IMG/VR virus record: IMGVR_UViG_3300046092_000062
Coordinates: 124,001 to 188,000 of that record
DNA length: 64,000 nt
Direction: 5' to 3' (one strand)
Positions within the stretch are counted from its first letter, which is position 1. Each line of letters starts with the position of its first letter. Positions 55,608 to 63,514 of this stretch are shown here, piece by piece. A model generated the notes under the pieces. That model had not been told where the DNA came from and did no database searches. It worked only from the letters and a program-made list of their open reading frames with translations. The translations under genes and the position numbers were made by a program.

Positions 55608-55823
55608 ATGATGGAAATGCGTTGACTTAAACGCCCAATTGGAAACAAACTTAGCGGAACAAAAATTGTCACCGTTTACGAACGTGTGCTGCAATACCGC
55701 CAAATGGAAGACAAGACAGTTTATGCGCAGGCAAATGCCTTGTCGCAAGACTTTATCGCCCGAGGTCATCGCAACATGCAATGGTCTGAGTGGACTGACA
55801 TTCGTGAAGTTGTAGAGGAGTAA
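55608..55823 (+). pseudogene. small ORF interrupted by TGA at codon 6
   Basis: MMEMR*LKR...ERVLQYRQ...WSEWTDI; TGA at 55623-25. Confidence 0.5.
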
Positions 55824-55825
55824 TC

Positions 55826-55954
55826 ATGCGTAATTTAGCAATTGGCTTTGTTCTTGGTTTGGTTGTGGCCACTGTTGGCTTTAGCGGTGTTGCAAGGATT
55901 CTGGATAAGAGCATCGACTCCGTCAAGACTCACAGCAAGGAATTGGCTCAGTAA
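55826..55954 (+). CDS. small membrane peptide (42 aa)
   Basis: GAGGAG RBS; GFVLGLVVATVGFSG. Confidence 0.6.
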   Translation: MRNLAIGFVLGLVVATVGFSGVARILDKSIDSVKTHSKELAQ

Positions 55955-56077
55955 AATGGGCAAAAAGAATTTAAATTGTGGTTGACTCATTATTCGAAAT
56001 CAACTATAATTTAAATACTGTAGCAATGAGGCTACATTGAGAGTGTGTTTTTCAATTAACGTAAATGGAGTTTACAA

Positions 56078-56416
56078 ATGACTAAATTGTTCAAAGTCGG
56101 TGGTGTTTCTAAGTGCAAATCTGGTTACAAGGTGCGTTTCGCAACTGACATGACCCGCGTCAAGATTCTGGCAAAGACTGATACGGATATCCAGCTAATG
56201 GATTTGCCCAATGAGATGACCAAGCCTGACTTGGTTACTTATCTTAAGACCACAGACTTGTATGCCAATGCTGCATACAAAGAGGCGATTGACAATGCTG
56301 ATGCAAAGTACAACGCCGTGGCAACGGTTAAGGTCACAAAGACCAAAGCAGAAAAGCCAAGCATGGAAAAGCTCAAGGCTAAGGCCGCAGCTAAAACAGA
56401 AGCAGACGCAGCTTAA
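56078..56416 (+). CDS. basic hypothetical protein
   Basis: Promoter 55982-56010; KVRFA.D..RVK.L. Confidence 0.7.
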   Translation: MTKLFKVGGVSKCKSGYKVRFATDMTRVKILAKTDTDIQLMDLPNEMTKPDLVTYLKTTDLYANAAYKEAIDNADAKYNAVATVKVTKTKAEKPSMEKLKAKAAAKTEADAA

Positions 56417-56435
56417 TCAGCAAGTGTGCAAAAAC

Positions 56436-56460
56436 AGGGCGAACTTGGCTTCGCCCTTTC
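56436..56460 (+). terminator. intrinsic terminator
   Basis: AGGGCGAA-loop-TTCGCCCT TTC. Confidence 0.7.
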
Positions 56461-56489
56461 TCTTGGCTAAATATAGCATATAGGAGAAC

Positions 56490-56876
56490 TTGATGATCAA
56501 GTACATTAAAGAAACCACCACGCCAGCGGATGTAATTAGACCTGTGTTCCGCCCAGAACTCAAGCATGTGTTTGATGCAAGGGATGCAATTATTACAAAA
56601 TATAATGTTGCAGGTACCGAAACAACCCACGAAAAAACAGATTTACCAGACGGGTCAAAAATCACTGTAATGGTCAAGTTCTTTGAGTCTGTAGAGAAGT
56701 TTGATCAATGCTTTGCAGAGTTGCGAGATGCAAATCAAACTATCACTGCAACAGTCAACAATGAAAATGTCACAGTTGACTCAATCAACCACAATTTTGG
56801 AATCACAATTCGATATCAATTGCGTGATGCAGAGACTGACGAAATTGTACGAGATTGGACAGTTGCAGGTCGTTAA
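56490..56876 (+). CDS. late hypothetical protein
   Basis: CTAAATA and AGGAG upstream. Confidence 0.65.
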   Translation: MMIKYIKETTTPADVIRPVFRPELKHVFDARDAIITKYNVAGTETTHEKTDLPDGSKITVMVKFFESVEKFDQCFAELRDANQTITATVNNENVTVDSINHNFGITIRYQLRDAETDEIVRDWTVAGR

Positions 56877-56902
56877 ATTATAGCCTTGTGCTATAATGTA
56901 AG

Positions 56903-57226
56903 TTATTGCTGTATGAAGCAAAGAGAAAAGTGTTCTGGACGCGGGTTCGACTCCCGCCAGGTCCACCATTAAGCATACTACCCGACTGTAAAATTCAGTA
57001 AGCATTTAGGGAAGATCCACAGTAGTATGTTTAATAATGGGCCTGCCATGGTTTCGACAGGGCAACAAGTAAACAAGTGGACAGCTCGGCAATGTGAAAG
57101 CCGTTAGGGTTGGGGATTCCCGGCCGTAGAAGCAAAAAACGTAAATGCAAACGACGAACAGTTTCTAATGGTAGCCTGATAAAGGCTTCCGGGGCAGCTA
57201 TGCCTTGCAACAGGAAATAGTAATAG
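56903..57226 (+). ncRNA. ssrA: circularly permuted (two-piece) tmRNA
   Basis: T-arm and 3' acceptor strand GCGGGTTCGACTCCCGC-CAGGTCC-A-CCA (ends 56968) precede the 5' end GGGCCTG..TTCGAC (57039); G3-U70 Ala pair; tag ORF 57147-57179 ANDEQFLMVA. Confidence 0.9.
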
Positions 57227-57246
57227 GGGCTTCGGCCCCTATTTTC
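57222..57246 (+). terminator. intrinsic terminator
   Basis: AATAGGGGC-TTCG-GCCCCTATTTT. Confidence 0.85.
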
Positions 57247-57265
57247 TAATTACATACTCTATTCA

Positions 57266-58234
57266 ATGAAAAAATTCTTTTGTCCTGCACCGTGGCGATC
57301 TTTGTTCTACCATGTTGATCAATCGGCTGTGTGCTGCATTAGTTCTAAGAAGTTTAGCATGAGTCCAATAGAGTTTAGAAATAGCGACTACCTTAAAGAT
57401 TTAAAAACTAAATTTTTAAATAACGAGTTCGACGAAACTTGCAGTGGATGCAAGTCTCTAGAAGACGCAGGGCTGCAAAGTATAAGACAGCACCTACTCG
57501 CACTATACAGTGAGACCACAGTTGACCAACTCGATTATATGGAGCTGCGAGCAAGCAATCTTTGTAATTTTCAGTGCAAGATGTGCAATAGTGAAAACAG
57601 CTCTCTTATCAGTGGCTCAGTTAATACCGTCTTAGATTCTGACTGGGACGAAATACTTACTATGTCAGAGAATCTAAAGTTCCTTACATTAACTGGCGGC
57701 GAGCCAATGATAATTAAGCACTACTACCAGTTACTGGATCACTTGATAGCTAAAGACAAAACAGACATTAACTTGCGAGTCTACACCAATGCAAGTGTGT
57801 ATAATCACATATTCGTTGAGAAGCTGCTGAAATTTAATACAACATTAAACCTCAGTGTTGACGGAGTAGGAAGAACAGCAGAACTACAACGCACAGGCAC
57901 AGTCTGGTCTACAGTACAAGATAACATTACCAAGTTTGTGGCTTTACCGATTCAGATAAAATTTCATACCACTCTCACAAACATCTCGATCGTTGACATA
58001 CACTCGTTGGCCAAGTACTTTGTCGAGATAGTTGAAAATAATCCCCACTGCACCTTTGTTGCACATACTGCCAACAGTCCCAAATACCTATCCATTTACA
58101 ATCTAGCGCCTGCATTGTTTAACACCGCATTACGTAGCATCGAATCTGCACTAGGCATTCTAGTGCATCCACAATTTGCACAACTCAGAGAGCAGTTGGT
58201 TGCACATCAATCACTAATCAAAAGCAAACAATAA
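57266..58234 (+). CDS. radical SAM protein with N-terminal Cys (twitch/SPASM-like) domain
   Basis: CNFQCKMC, GGEP, TNAS, SVDG; FCPAPW, CC, C..C. Confidence 0.88.
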   Translation: MKKFFCPAPWRSLFYHVDQSAVCCISSKKFSMSPIEFRNSDYLKDLKTKFLNNEFDETCSGCKSLEDAGLQSIRQHLLALYSETTVDQLDYMELRASNLCNFQCKMCNSENSSLISGSVNTVLDSDWDEILTMSENLKFLTLTGGEPMIIKHYYQLLDHLIAKDKTDINLRVYTNASVYNHIFVEKLLKFNTTLNLSVDGVGRTAELQRTGTVWSTVQDNITKFVALPIQIKFHTTLTNISIVDIHSLAKYFVEIVENNPHCTFVAHTANSPKYLSIYNLAPALFNTALRSIESALGILVHPQFAQLREQLVAHQSLIKSKQ

Positions 58235-58370
58235 CTTGAATATGCCGTCGGCCTTAGGCCTATTGTCGACATAGGAAAAGTTAATGGAAAATCGTAGATT
58301 TATAGAGTAAATAAATGTACAATAGATACACGAACATACAGTTCTTAACATTTTAACAAAGGAAATCAAA

Positions 58371-58910
58371 ATGAAAACAATCGGTGATAAACTAACCCCA
58401 TTCGCAGTAACAGGTGTTAAGCCAGGGCAACCAGCTGACCCATACTTCACAATTACAGACCAAAGCTTCGAAGGCAAGTGGAAAGTAATCGTGTTCTATC
58501 CAAAAGACTTTACATTCGTATGTCCAACAGAAATCGTAGCATACGATAAGTTGACAGGTGACTTTGCTGACCGTGATGCAATCTTGCTAACAGGTTCGAC
58601 AGACAACGAGTTCTGTAAGACAGCATGGCAAATGGCACACGCTGACTTGAAGAAAATCACTCACACTCAGTTTGCTGATACACAACGTGGTGAGTTGAGC
58701 TTGGTTGAGCAGTTGGGTGTATTCTACGCTCCAGCAGGTGCTGCACTTCGTGCAACATTCATCGTTGACCCAGAAAACGTTATCCAACACGTTACCGTCA
58801 ACAACTTGGACGTGGGCCGTAGCCCAGAAGAAACCCTGCGTATTCTTGACGCATTGCAAACTGGCGAACTTTGCGCTTGCAACCGTACCATCGGTGGCGA
58901 AACACTTTAA
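58371..58910 (+). CDS. ahpC: peroxiredoxin AhpC
   Basis: FYPKDFTFVCPTE, RATFIVDP, GR..EE.LR. Confidence 0.95.
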   Translation: MKTIGDKLTPFAVTGVKPGQPADPYFTITDQSFEGKWKVIVFYPKDFTFVCPTEIVAYDKLTGDFADRDAILLTGSTDNEFCKTAWQMAHADLKKITHTQFADTQRGELSLVEQLGVFYAPAGAALRATFIVDPENVIQHVTVNNLDVGRSPEETLRILDALQTGELCACNRTIGGETL

Positions 58911-58924
58911 TTAAGGAGACTGGC

Positions 58925-59431
58925 ATGGCTTTTATCGATACAGTAAAAGGTGCGTTACCCGAGTACGCAAAAGACACCAAACTTAATTTGGAAGCAGTCC
59001 TTGTCCGTAGTACACTAGATGCTGATGTTGCAATGGGCTGTGCAGTAGCCGCACTTGCTGCAACTGGCAATGGTAAAGTACTGAGCATCTTGTTAGCAGA
59101 CAGTCCAGTACACGCAGAGTCAGCAATGACGGCTGCATCAATTATGGCACAAAACAACACGTGGTATCCATTTGTTGAAATGGCAGACGATCCTAATCTA
59201 AAGGGATTGCCAGCTCAGTTGCGTATGAACGCCATTGCAAGTCACGGTGGTACTACCAAAGCTAATTTTGAAGCGTTTAGTCTTGCAGCCAGCATTGTTG
59301 GTAAATGTCACTTCTGTGTTAAGGCGCATTACGAGACATTGAAGGCAGAAGGCTACACAGTAGAGAACTTACGAGACATTGGGCGTATTGCAAGTGTCAT
59401 GAATGCTGTAGCCAAAGTGCTAAACAGTTAA
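58925..59431 (+). CDS. ahpD: alkyl hydroperoxide reductase AhpD
   Basis: PEYAKD.KLN, MAQNN.WY, CHFCVKAH. Confidence 0.93.
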   Translation: MAFIDTVKGALPEYAKDTKLNLEAVLVRSTLDADVAMGCAVAALAATGNGKVLSILLADSPVHAESAMTAASIMAQNNTWYPFVEMADDPNLKGLPAQLRMNAIASHGGTTKANFEAFSLAASIVGKCHFCVKAHYETLKAEGYTVENLRDIGRIASVMNAVAKVLNS

Positions 59432-59437
59432 TCGGAT

Positions 59438-59461
59438 ACCCGCTTCGGCGGGTTTTCTTTT
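59438..59461 (+). terminator. intrinsic terminator
   Basis: ACCCGC-TTCG-GCGGGT TTTCTTTT. Confidence 0.85.
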
Positions 59462-59529
59462 GGTTGCATTTTAATGACTCTGGTGTTATACTAAAACTGT
59501 AGAAAGTAGTTAACCCAAAGGAGCAGAAA

Positions 59530-59721
59530 ATGGCAGAAGTTAAACTAAATGGTCCCTTGTACAAAGTCACAATGACTGAATATGAGCGTGGTTATGGCCA
59601 GCGCCCAATGGGAGAAAAGTTGTTTGATAACGAGCAAGAAGCCAAGGATTTTGTTGCAGCATACAACAAAGATCCCGGCGATCCCGACTGCTACTACCGC
59701 GCAGACTACAGAAAGGTTTGA
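59530..59721 (+). CDS. small phage protein (EYERGYGQR)
   Basis: AGGAG RBS. Confidence 0.7.
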   Translation: MAEVKLNGPLYKVTMTEYERGYGQRPMGEKLFDNEQEAKDFVAAYNKDPGDPDCYYRADYRKV

Positions 59722-59752
59722 CAAATAATGGTTTTGGTTGTATAATACATAT

Positions 59753-59923
59753 ATGAACAAAACAAAACGCTTTTATTTCGGTAACGAATGGTTTCTTCCA
59801 CCCTTCCGCGTACACGGATATTGGGTGGAAGATGCTACCGGAAAGAACGTAGCAGAAGCAGCAAGCCCTGCACTTGCCAAAGCATTAGCAGAATTGCTAA
59901 CTAAAATGTCTGTAACTGCTTGA
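59753..59923 (+). CDS. small hypothetical protein
   Basis: Promoter 59718-59746, leaderless ATG. Confidence 0.6.
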   Translation: MNKTKRFYFGNEWFLPPFRVHGYWVEDATGKNVAEAASPALAKALAELLTKMSVTA

Positions 59924-59965
59924 CAATAAAAGAATCAGGTGTTATAATAAACACATAAATAAAAA

Positions 59966-59988
59966 TACAGAGAGATAGACTTTCTGTA
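59966..59988 (+). promoter_or_regulatory. 5' UTR hairpin with G-ATAGA-C loop
   Basis: TACAGAGAG-ATAGA-CTTTCTGTA after promoter 59920-59948. Confidence 0.6.
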
Positions 59989-60014
59989 CTCAACATTATA
60001 CAAAGGATTTTTGT

Positions 60015-60482
60015 ATGTCAGTAGATTTCACATCACCCGAGATGATTGCAGCAGTATGCGAGGCACTGCCCTTAGCAAACCGCCCAGCAGTTGAAGCAAT
60101 CGTAAAAGCATTAACTGAAAAGCTCAATGTAGCAACCCCCAAACAACGAACTGTCTACGCAGTGTGGACCAACACAGACTTGACTGAAGGTCGTGGTCGT
60201 GAGTATGTTCAATACCTTTGCGAGAAACGTGCAACAGCACTTCGCAAAGCCAAGAAGAACTATGTTATGGGCACCGATAGCCGCGTAACAGAAGAAAAAC
60301 TGTTTAACGCAGGCAGTGGCTGGTATGGTCCAGTTAACGTGCTTGACCCAAGTCAAGAAGACTTACGAGTTGAGCAACAACTTGAAGCTGAACAGAAAGC
60401 AAAGTCTGCCAAAGAAGCAGCTATTGCTAAAGCAAAAGAATTGGGCTTAACCGAAGCCGACATCAAAGCATTGCGAGGTTAA
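60015..60482 (+). CDS. phage protein (NTDLTEGRG motif)
   Basis: AAGGA RBS; C-terminal coiled coil. Confidence 0.7.
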   Translation: MSVDFTSPEMIAAVCEALPLANRPAVEAIVKALTEKLNVATPKQRTVYAVWTNTDLTEGRGREYVQYLCEKRATALRKAKKNYVMGTDSRVTEEKLFNAGSGWYGPVNVLDPSQEDLRVEQQLEAEQKAKSAKEAAIAKAKELGLTEADIKALRG

Positions 60483-60483
60483 T

Positions 60484-61500
60484 ATGAAAAAATACAATAC
60501 ACTGGTCTTGATTGGTCGCTTTCAACCCTTCCACAATGCTCACTTGGAAATTATCAAACGCAGCACTGCACTCTGCGACAAGCTGATTGTGATTACAGGT
60601 AGCGCAGCTCAACCCCGTACTTACAAGAACCCCTTCACTAGTGCCGAACGAGCACAAATGATTAAAGCCGCAACTGGCGGACTTGCATTGCAAATTGTCA
60701 TTGAAGAAAACATTGACACCATGTACAACGACCAAGCCTGGGCAGTTCGTGTTCAAGGTATTGTGCAACGCAATACAAAAGCTGGTGAGAAAATTGCTAT
60801 CATTGGACACAAGAAAGACGACAGCAGCTTTTATCTCGATATGTTCCCACAGTGGGGCTACGAGAACGTAGAAGAAATTGCACCACTCAGTGCAGTTAAC
60901 ATTCGCGATTTGTACTTCAAGCGTGATTGCAACATGGAATTCATCCGTGGTGTAGTGCCCCGTACTACTTTTGATTTCTTGACACAATTCAAAGAAACAC
61001 CAGAGTACGAACAAATCATTCGTGAACGTGAGTTCTTGATTGAACACGCCAAGCAATATGCTGGTCTCAAATATCCTCCAATCTTTAGCACAGCTGATGC
61101 CGCAGTGATTTGTTCGGGCCATGTGCTTATGATCAAACGCCGTGCTGAACCTGGACGTGGCTTGTGGGCACTGCCCGGCGGTTACGTTAACGCCAGCACT
61201 GACAAGACTGTACTGGATGCAGCTATTCGCGAACTCCGCGAAGAAACTGGTATCAAAGTACCCGAGCCAGTGTTGCGTGGCAGCATTACAGGCAACCGAG
61301 TGTTTGATGCAGTGGATCGCAGTCCACGTGGTCGTATCATCACCCACGCCTTTAAAATTGAATTGCCTGATGGTGCATTGCCTAAAGTAAAAGGCAGCGA
61401 CGATGCTGAAAAAGCACGTTGGGTTCCTATTGCAGAAGTGCGCAGCGATGAGTGTTTCGAAGATCACTACGATATGGTCCAGTGGGCTGTGGGTGTTTAA
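60484..61500 (+). CDS. nadM: bifunctional NMN adenylyltransferase / ADP-ribose pyrophosphatase (NadM-Nudix)
   Basis: GRFQPFHNAH, KNPF, SA..IR; Nudix box PGG...RELREETG, SDDA. Confidence 0.95.
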   Translation: MKKYNTLVLIGRFQPFHNAHLEIIKRSTALCDKLIVITGSAAQPRTYKNPFTSAERAQMIKAATGGLALQIVIEENIDTMYNDQAWAVRVQGIVQRNTKAGEKIAIIGHKKDDSSFYLDMFPQWGYENVEEIAPLSAVNIRDLYFKRDCNMEFIRGVVPRTTFDFLTQFKETPEYEQIIREREFLIEHAKQYAGLKYPPIFSTADAAVICSGHVLMIKRRAEPGRGLWALPGGYVNASTDKTVLDAAIRELREETGIKVPEPVLRGSITGNRVFDAVDRSPRGRIITHAFKIELPDGALPKVKGSDDAEKARWVPIAEVRSDECFEDHYDMVQWAVGV

Positions 61501-61501
61501 T

Positions 61502-61711
61502 ATGCACAAAAGCAATTACCAACCCAAGCGTAGTCAACAACTTTTCCTAGCTGAACAAGTTAGGACTCAAGTGTTTAACGACACAATGGATCAGATTGTT
61601 GTGCATCATGTGTTGGAAGATACTCCAACCCGATTGTATCTACAAATTGAACGCCGTGCAACAAGCCCGATGGGCTTTGATAAGATTTACTTTGAAAGAG
61701 TGGAGTTGTAA
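61502..61711 (+). CDS. hypothetical protein
   Basis: Packed ORF. Confidence 0.55.
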   Translation: MHKSNYQPKRSQQLFLAEQVRTQVFNDTMDQIVVHHVLEDTPTRLYLQIERRATSPMGFDKIYFERVEL

Positions 61712-61972
61712 ATGGTTACACTACCTGTAGATTTTGTGGCAACACGCTTTCCGGGTTACTTCTGGAACGTGGCAGAAGAGAAACTGTATTCTGTCAAAGT
61801 TACAGGCGAACTTCGCCCAATGGCATTCCATAAAGGTGGATTCTTTTACGGAACCAAGGTTGAACCCGGATATCAAATCAGCGTTAATGGCAGGAAGCGT
61901 ACATACCCAATGTCGTACTTGACTTCGCTCAAAGCAACCACAGCTATCCAAGAAATTGGTGTAGCGAAATAA
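61712..61972 (+). CDS. hypothetical protein
   Basis: PGYFWN...LYS.K. Confidence 0.65.
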   Translation: MVTLPVDFVATRFPGYFWNVAEEKLYSVKVTGELRPMAFHKGGFFYGTKVEPGYQISVNGRKRTYPMSYLTSLKATTAIQEIGVAK

Positions 61973-62012
61973 TAGTTGACACAGAAATAGGTCTGCGTTA
62001 TACTGTAAGCAA

Positions 62013-62034
62013 GTCCCAGAGATAGACTCAGGGC
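62013..62034 (+). promoter_or_regulatory. 5' UTR hairpin with G-ATAGA-C loop
   Basis: GTCCCAGAG-ATAGA-CTCAGGGC after promoter 61976-62004. Confidence 0.6.
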
Positions 62035-62058
62035 AACTTTAAATAAAGGAACTTTATT

Positions 62059-63462
62059 ATGAAACTCTCTAAAAACATCATTCTCAACACCGACAGCTAC
62101 AAAGTGTCAATGGGCCGCCAATACCCAGCTGGCACTACCAATGTATTCAGCTACATTGCAGCACGTGGTGGTAAATTCACATTCACGCAGTTTGTTGGAC
62201 TGCAAATGTTCATCAAGGAGTATTTGCTTGAACAAATCACCAAAGAAGACATCGACATTGCAGAAGAAATCCTCACAGCGCACGGCGAGCCATTTGACCG
62301 CAGCATGTGGGACTACATTGTCGAAGCACACAACGGCTACTTGCCAGTGGTCATTAAAGCCGTACCAGAAGGCACTGTTGTGCCAGTTGGCAACGCATTA
62401 GTCACAATCGAAAACACTGACCCCAAGTGCCACGGTTTAACTACTTGGTTGGAAACTCCATTGCTTCGCGCAGTGTGGTACCCAACTACAGTCTCAACAC
62501 AAAGCAAGTACATTAAAAACATCTTGCAAGAATACTTGGAGAAATCAGGTGATCCTGCTTCTATCGGTTTTAAACTGCACGATTTTGGTGCTCGTGGTGT
62601 ATCTTCAATGGAGAGTGCTGGTATTGGGGGTGCAGCCCACTTGGTCAACTTCATGGGCACGGACACTATTACTGGTGTTCTTTACGCTCGTGAATATTAC
62701 AATGCTGGTATTGCTGGATTTAGCATTCCTGCAGCCGAACACAGTACTATCACTAGTTGGGGTCGCGCAGGCGAACTGAACGCTTACAGCAACATGGTTA
62801 CACAGTTTGGCAAGCCAGGCGGCATTGTTGCAGTTGTGTCTGACAGCTATAACATCTACGAAGCATGTAAAATGTGGAGCACTGGTGCGCTGAAACAGCA
62901 AGTGATTGATTCAGGTGCCACAGTTGTTATCCGTCCTGACTCAGGTGATCCTGTTGACGTGATGCCAAAGATGATTGCAATTCTTGCAGAAGGTTTTGGT
63001 TACACTACAAACGACAAGGGCTACAAAGTTCTCAACAATGTGCGTATGATCTGGGGTGATGGTATTAACCCATTGTCAATCCAAAGCATCTTGCGCACAA
63101 TGGTTGACGTGGGTGGTTGGAGTGCAGACAACTTTGCGTTTGGTATGGGCGGTGCTTTGTTGCAAGCAATTGATCGTGATACACAAAAATGGGCTATGAA
63201 ATGCTCAAGTGCATGTATCGATGGTGAATGGGTTGATGTTTACAAAGACCCAATCACTGACAGCGGCAAAGCTTCACTCAAAGGTCGTGTCAAGTTGTGG
63301 ACCAACAGTGGTGGCGAGTTTGCGACAAGTGTGCAAGCCCCTACTGGTTGGAGCGACAAGGGCATCGGTGGTTGGGTTGATGCAATGAAAACTGTCTACA
63401 TGGATGGTGCATTGTTTAACGAAATCACCTTTGAAGAAGTTCGTGCTAACAGCATGAAATAA
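62059..63462 (+). CDS. nadV: nicotinamide phosphoribosyltransferase (NAMPT)
   Basis: TDSYK, LHDFGARG, PAAEHS, VSDSY, RPDSGDP, GDG, FGMGG.L. Confidence 0.96.
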   Translation: MKLSKNIILNTDSYKVSMGRQYPAGTTNVFSYIAARGGKFTFTQFVGLQMFIKEYLLEQITKEDIDIAEEILTAHGEPFDRSMWDYIVEAHNGYLPVVIKAVPEGTVVPVGNALVTIENTDPKCHGLTTWLETPLLRAVWYPTTVSTQSKYIKNILQEYLEKSGDPASIGFKLHDFGARGVSSMESAGIGGAAHLVNFMGTDTITGVLYAREYYNAGIAGFSIPAAEHSTITSWGRAGELNAYSNMVTQFGKPGGIVAVVSDSYNIYEACKMWSTGALKQQVIDSGATVVIRPDSGDPVDVMPKMIAILAEGFGYTTNDKGYKVLNNVRMIWGDGINPLSIQSILRTMVDVGGWSADNFAFGMGGALLQAIDRDTQKWAMKCSSACIDGEWVDVYKDPITDSGKASLKGRVKLWTNSGGEFATSVQAPTGWSDKGIGGWVDAMKTVYMDGALFNEITFEEVRANSMK

Positions 63463-63514
63463 TGAGTAACAAGGGCATTGACTAACATCGGTGCTCTTGT
63501 TATAATTACAAAAT

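Noticed and set aside
56927-56968. Stand-alone tRNA
   Set aside because: Only a T arm and 3' acceptor strand; its partner strand lies downstream at 57039, so it is part of the permuted tmRNA.
56984-56999. tRNA-Tyr-like anticodon loop (GACTGTAAA) inside the tmRNA intervening segment
   Set aside because: No D or T arm and no acceptor stem; too short to support.
60463-61515. 350-aa minus-strand ORF, and similar antisense ORFs (18111-18809, 47668-48375, 7352-7906)
   Set aside because: Shadows of well-supported + strand genes caused by codon bias; no motifs or RBS.
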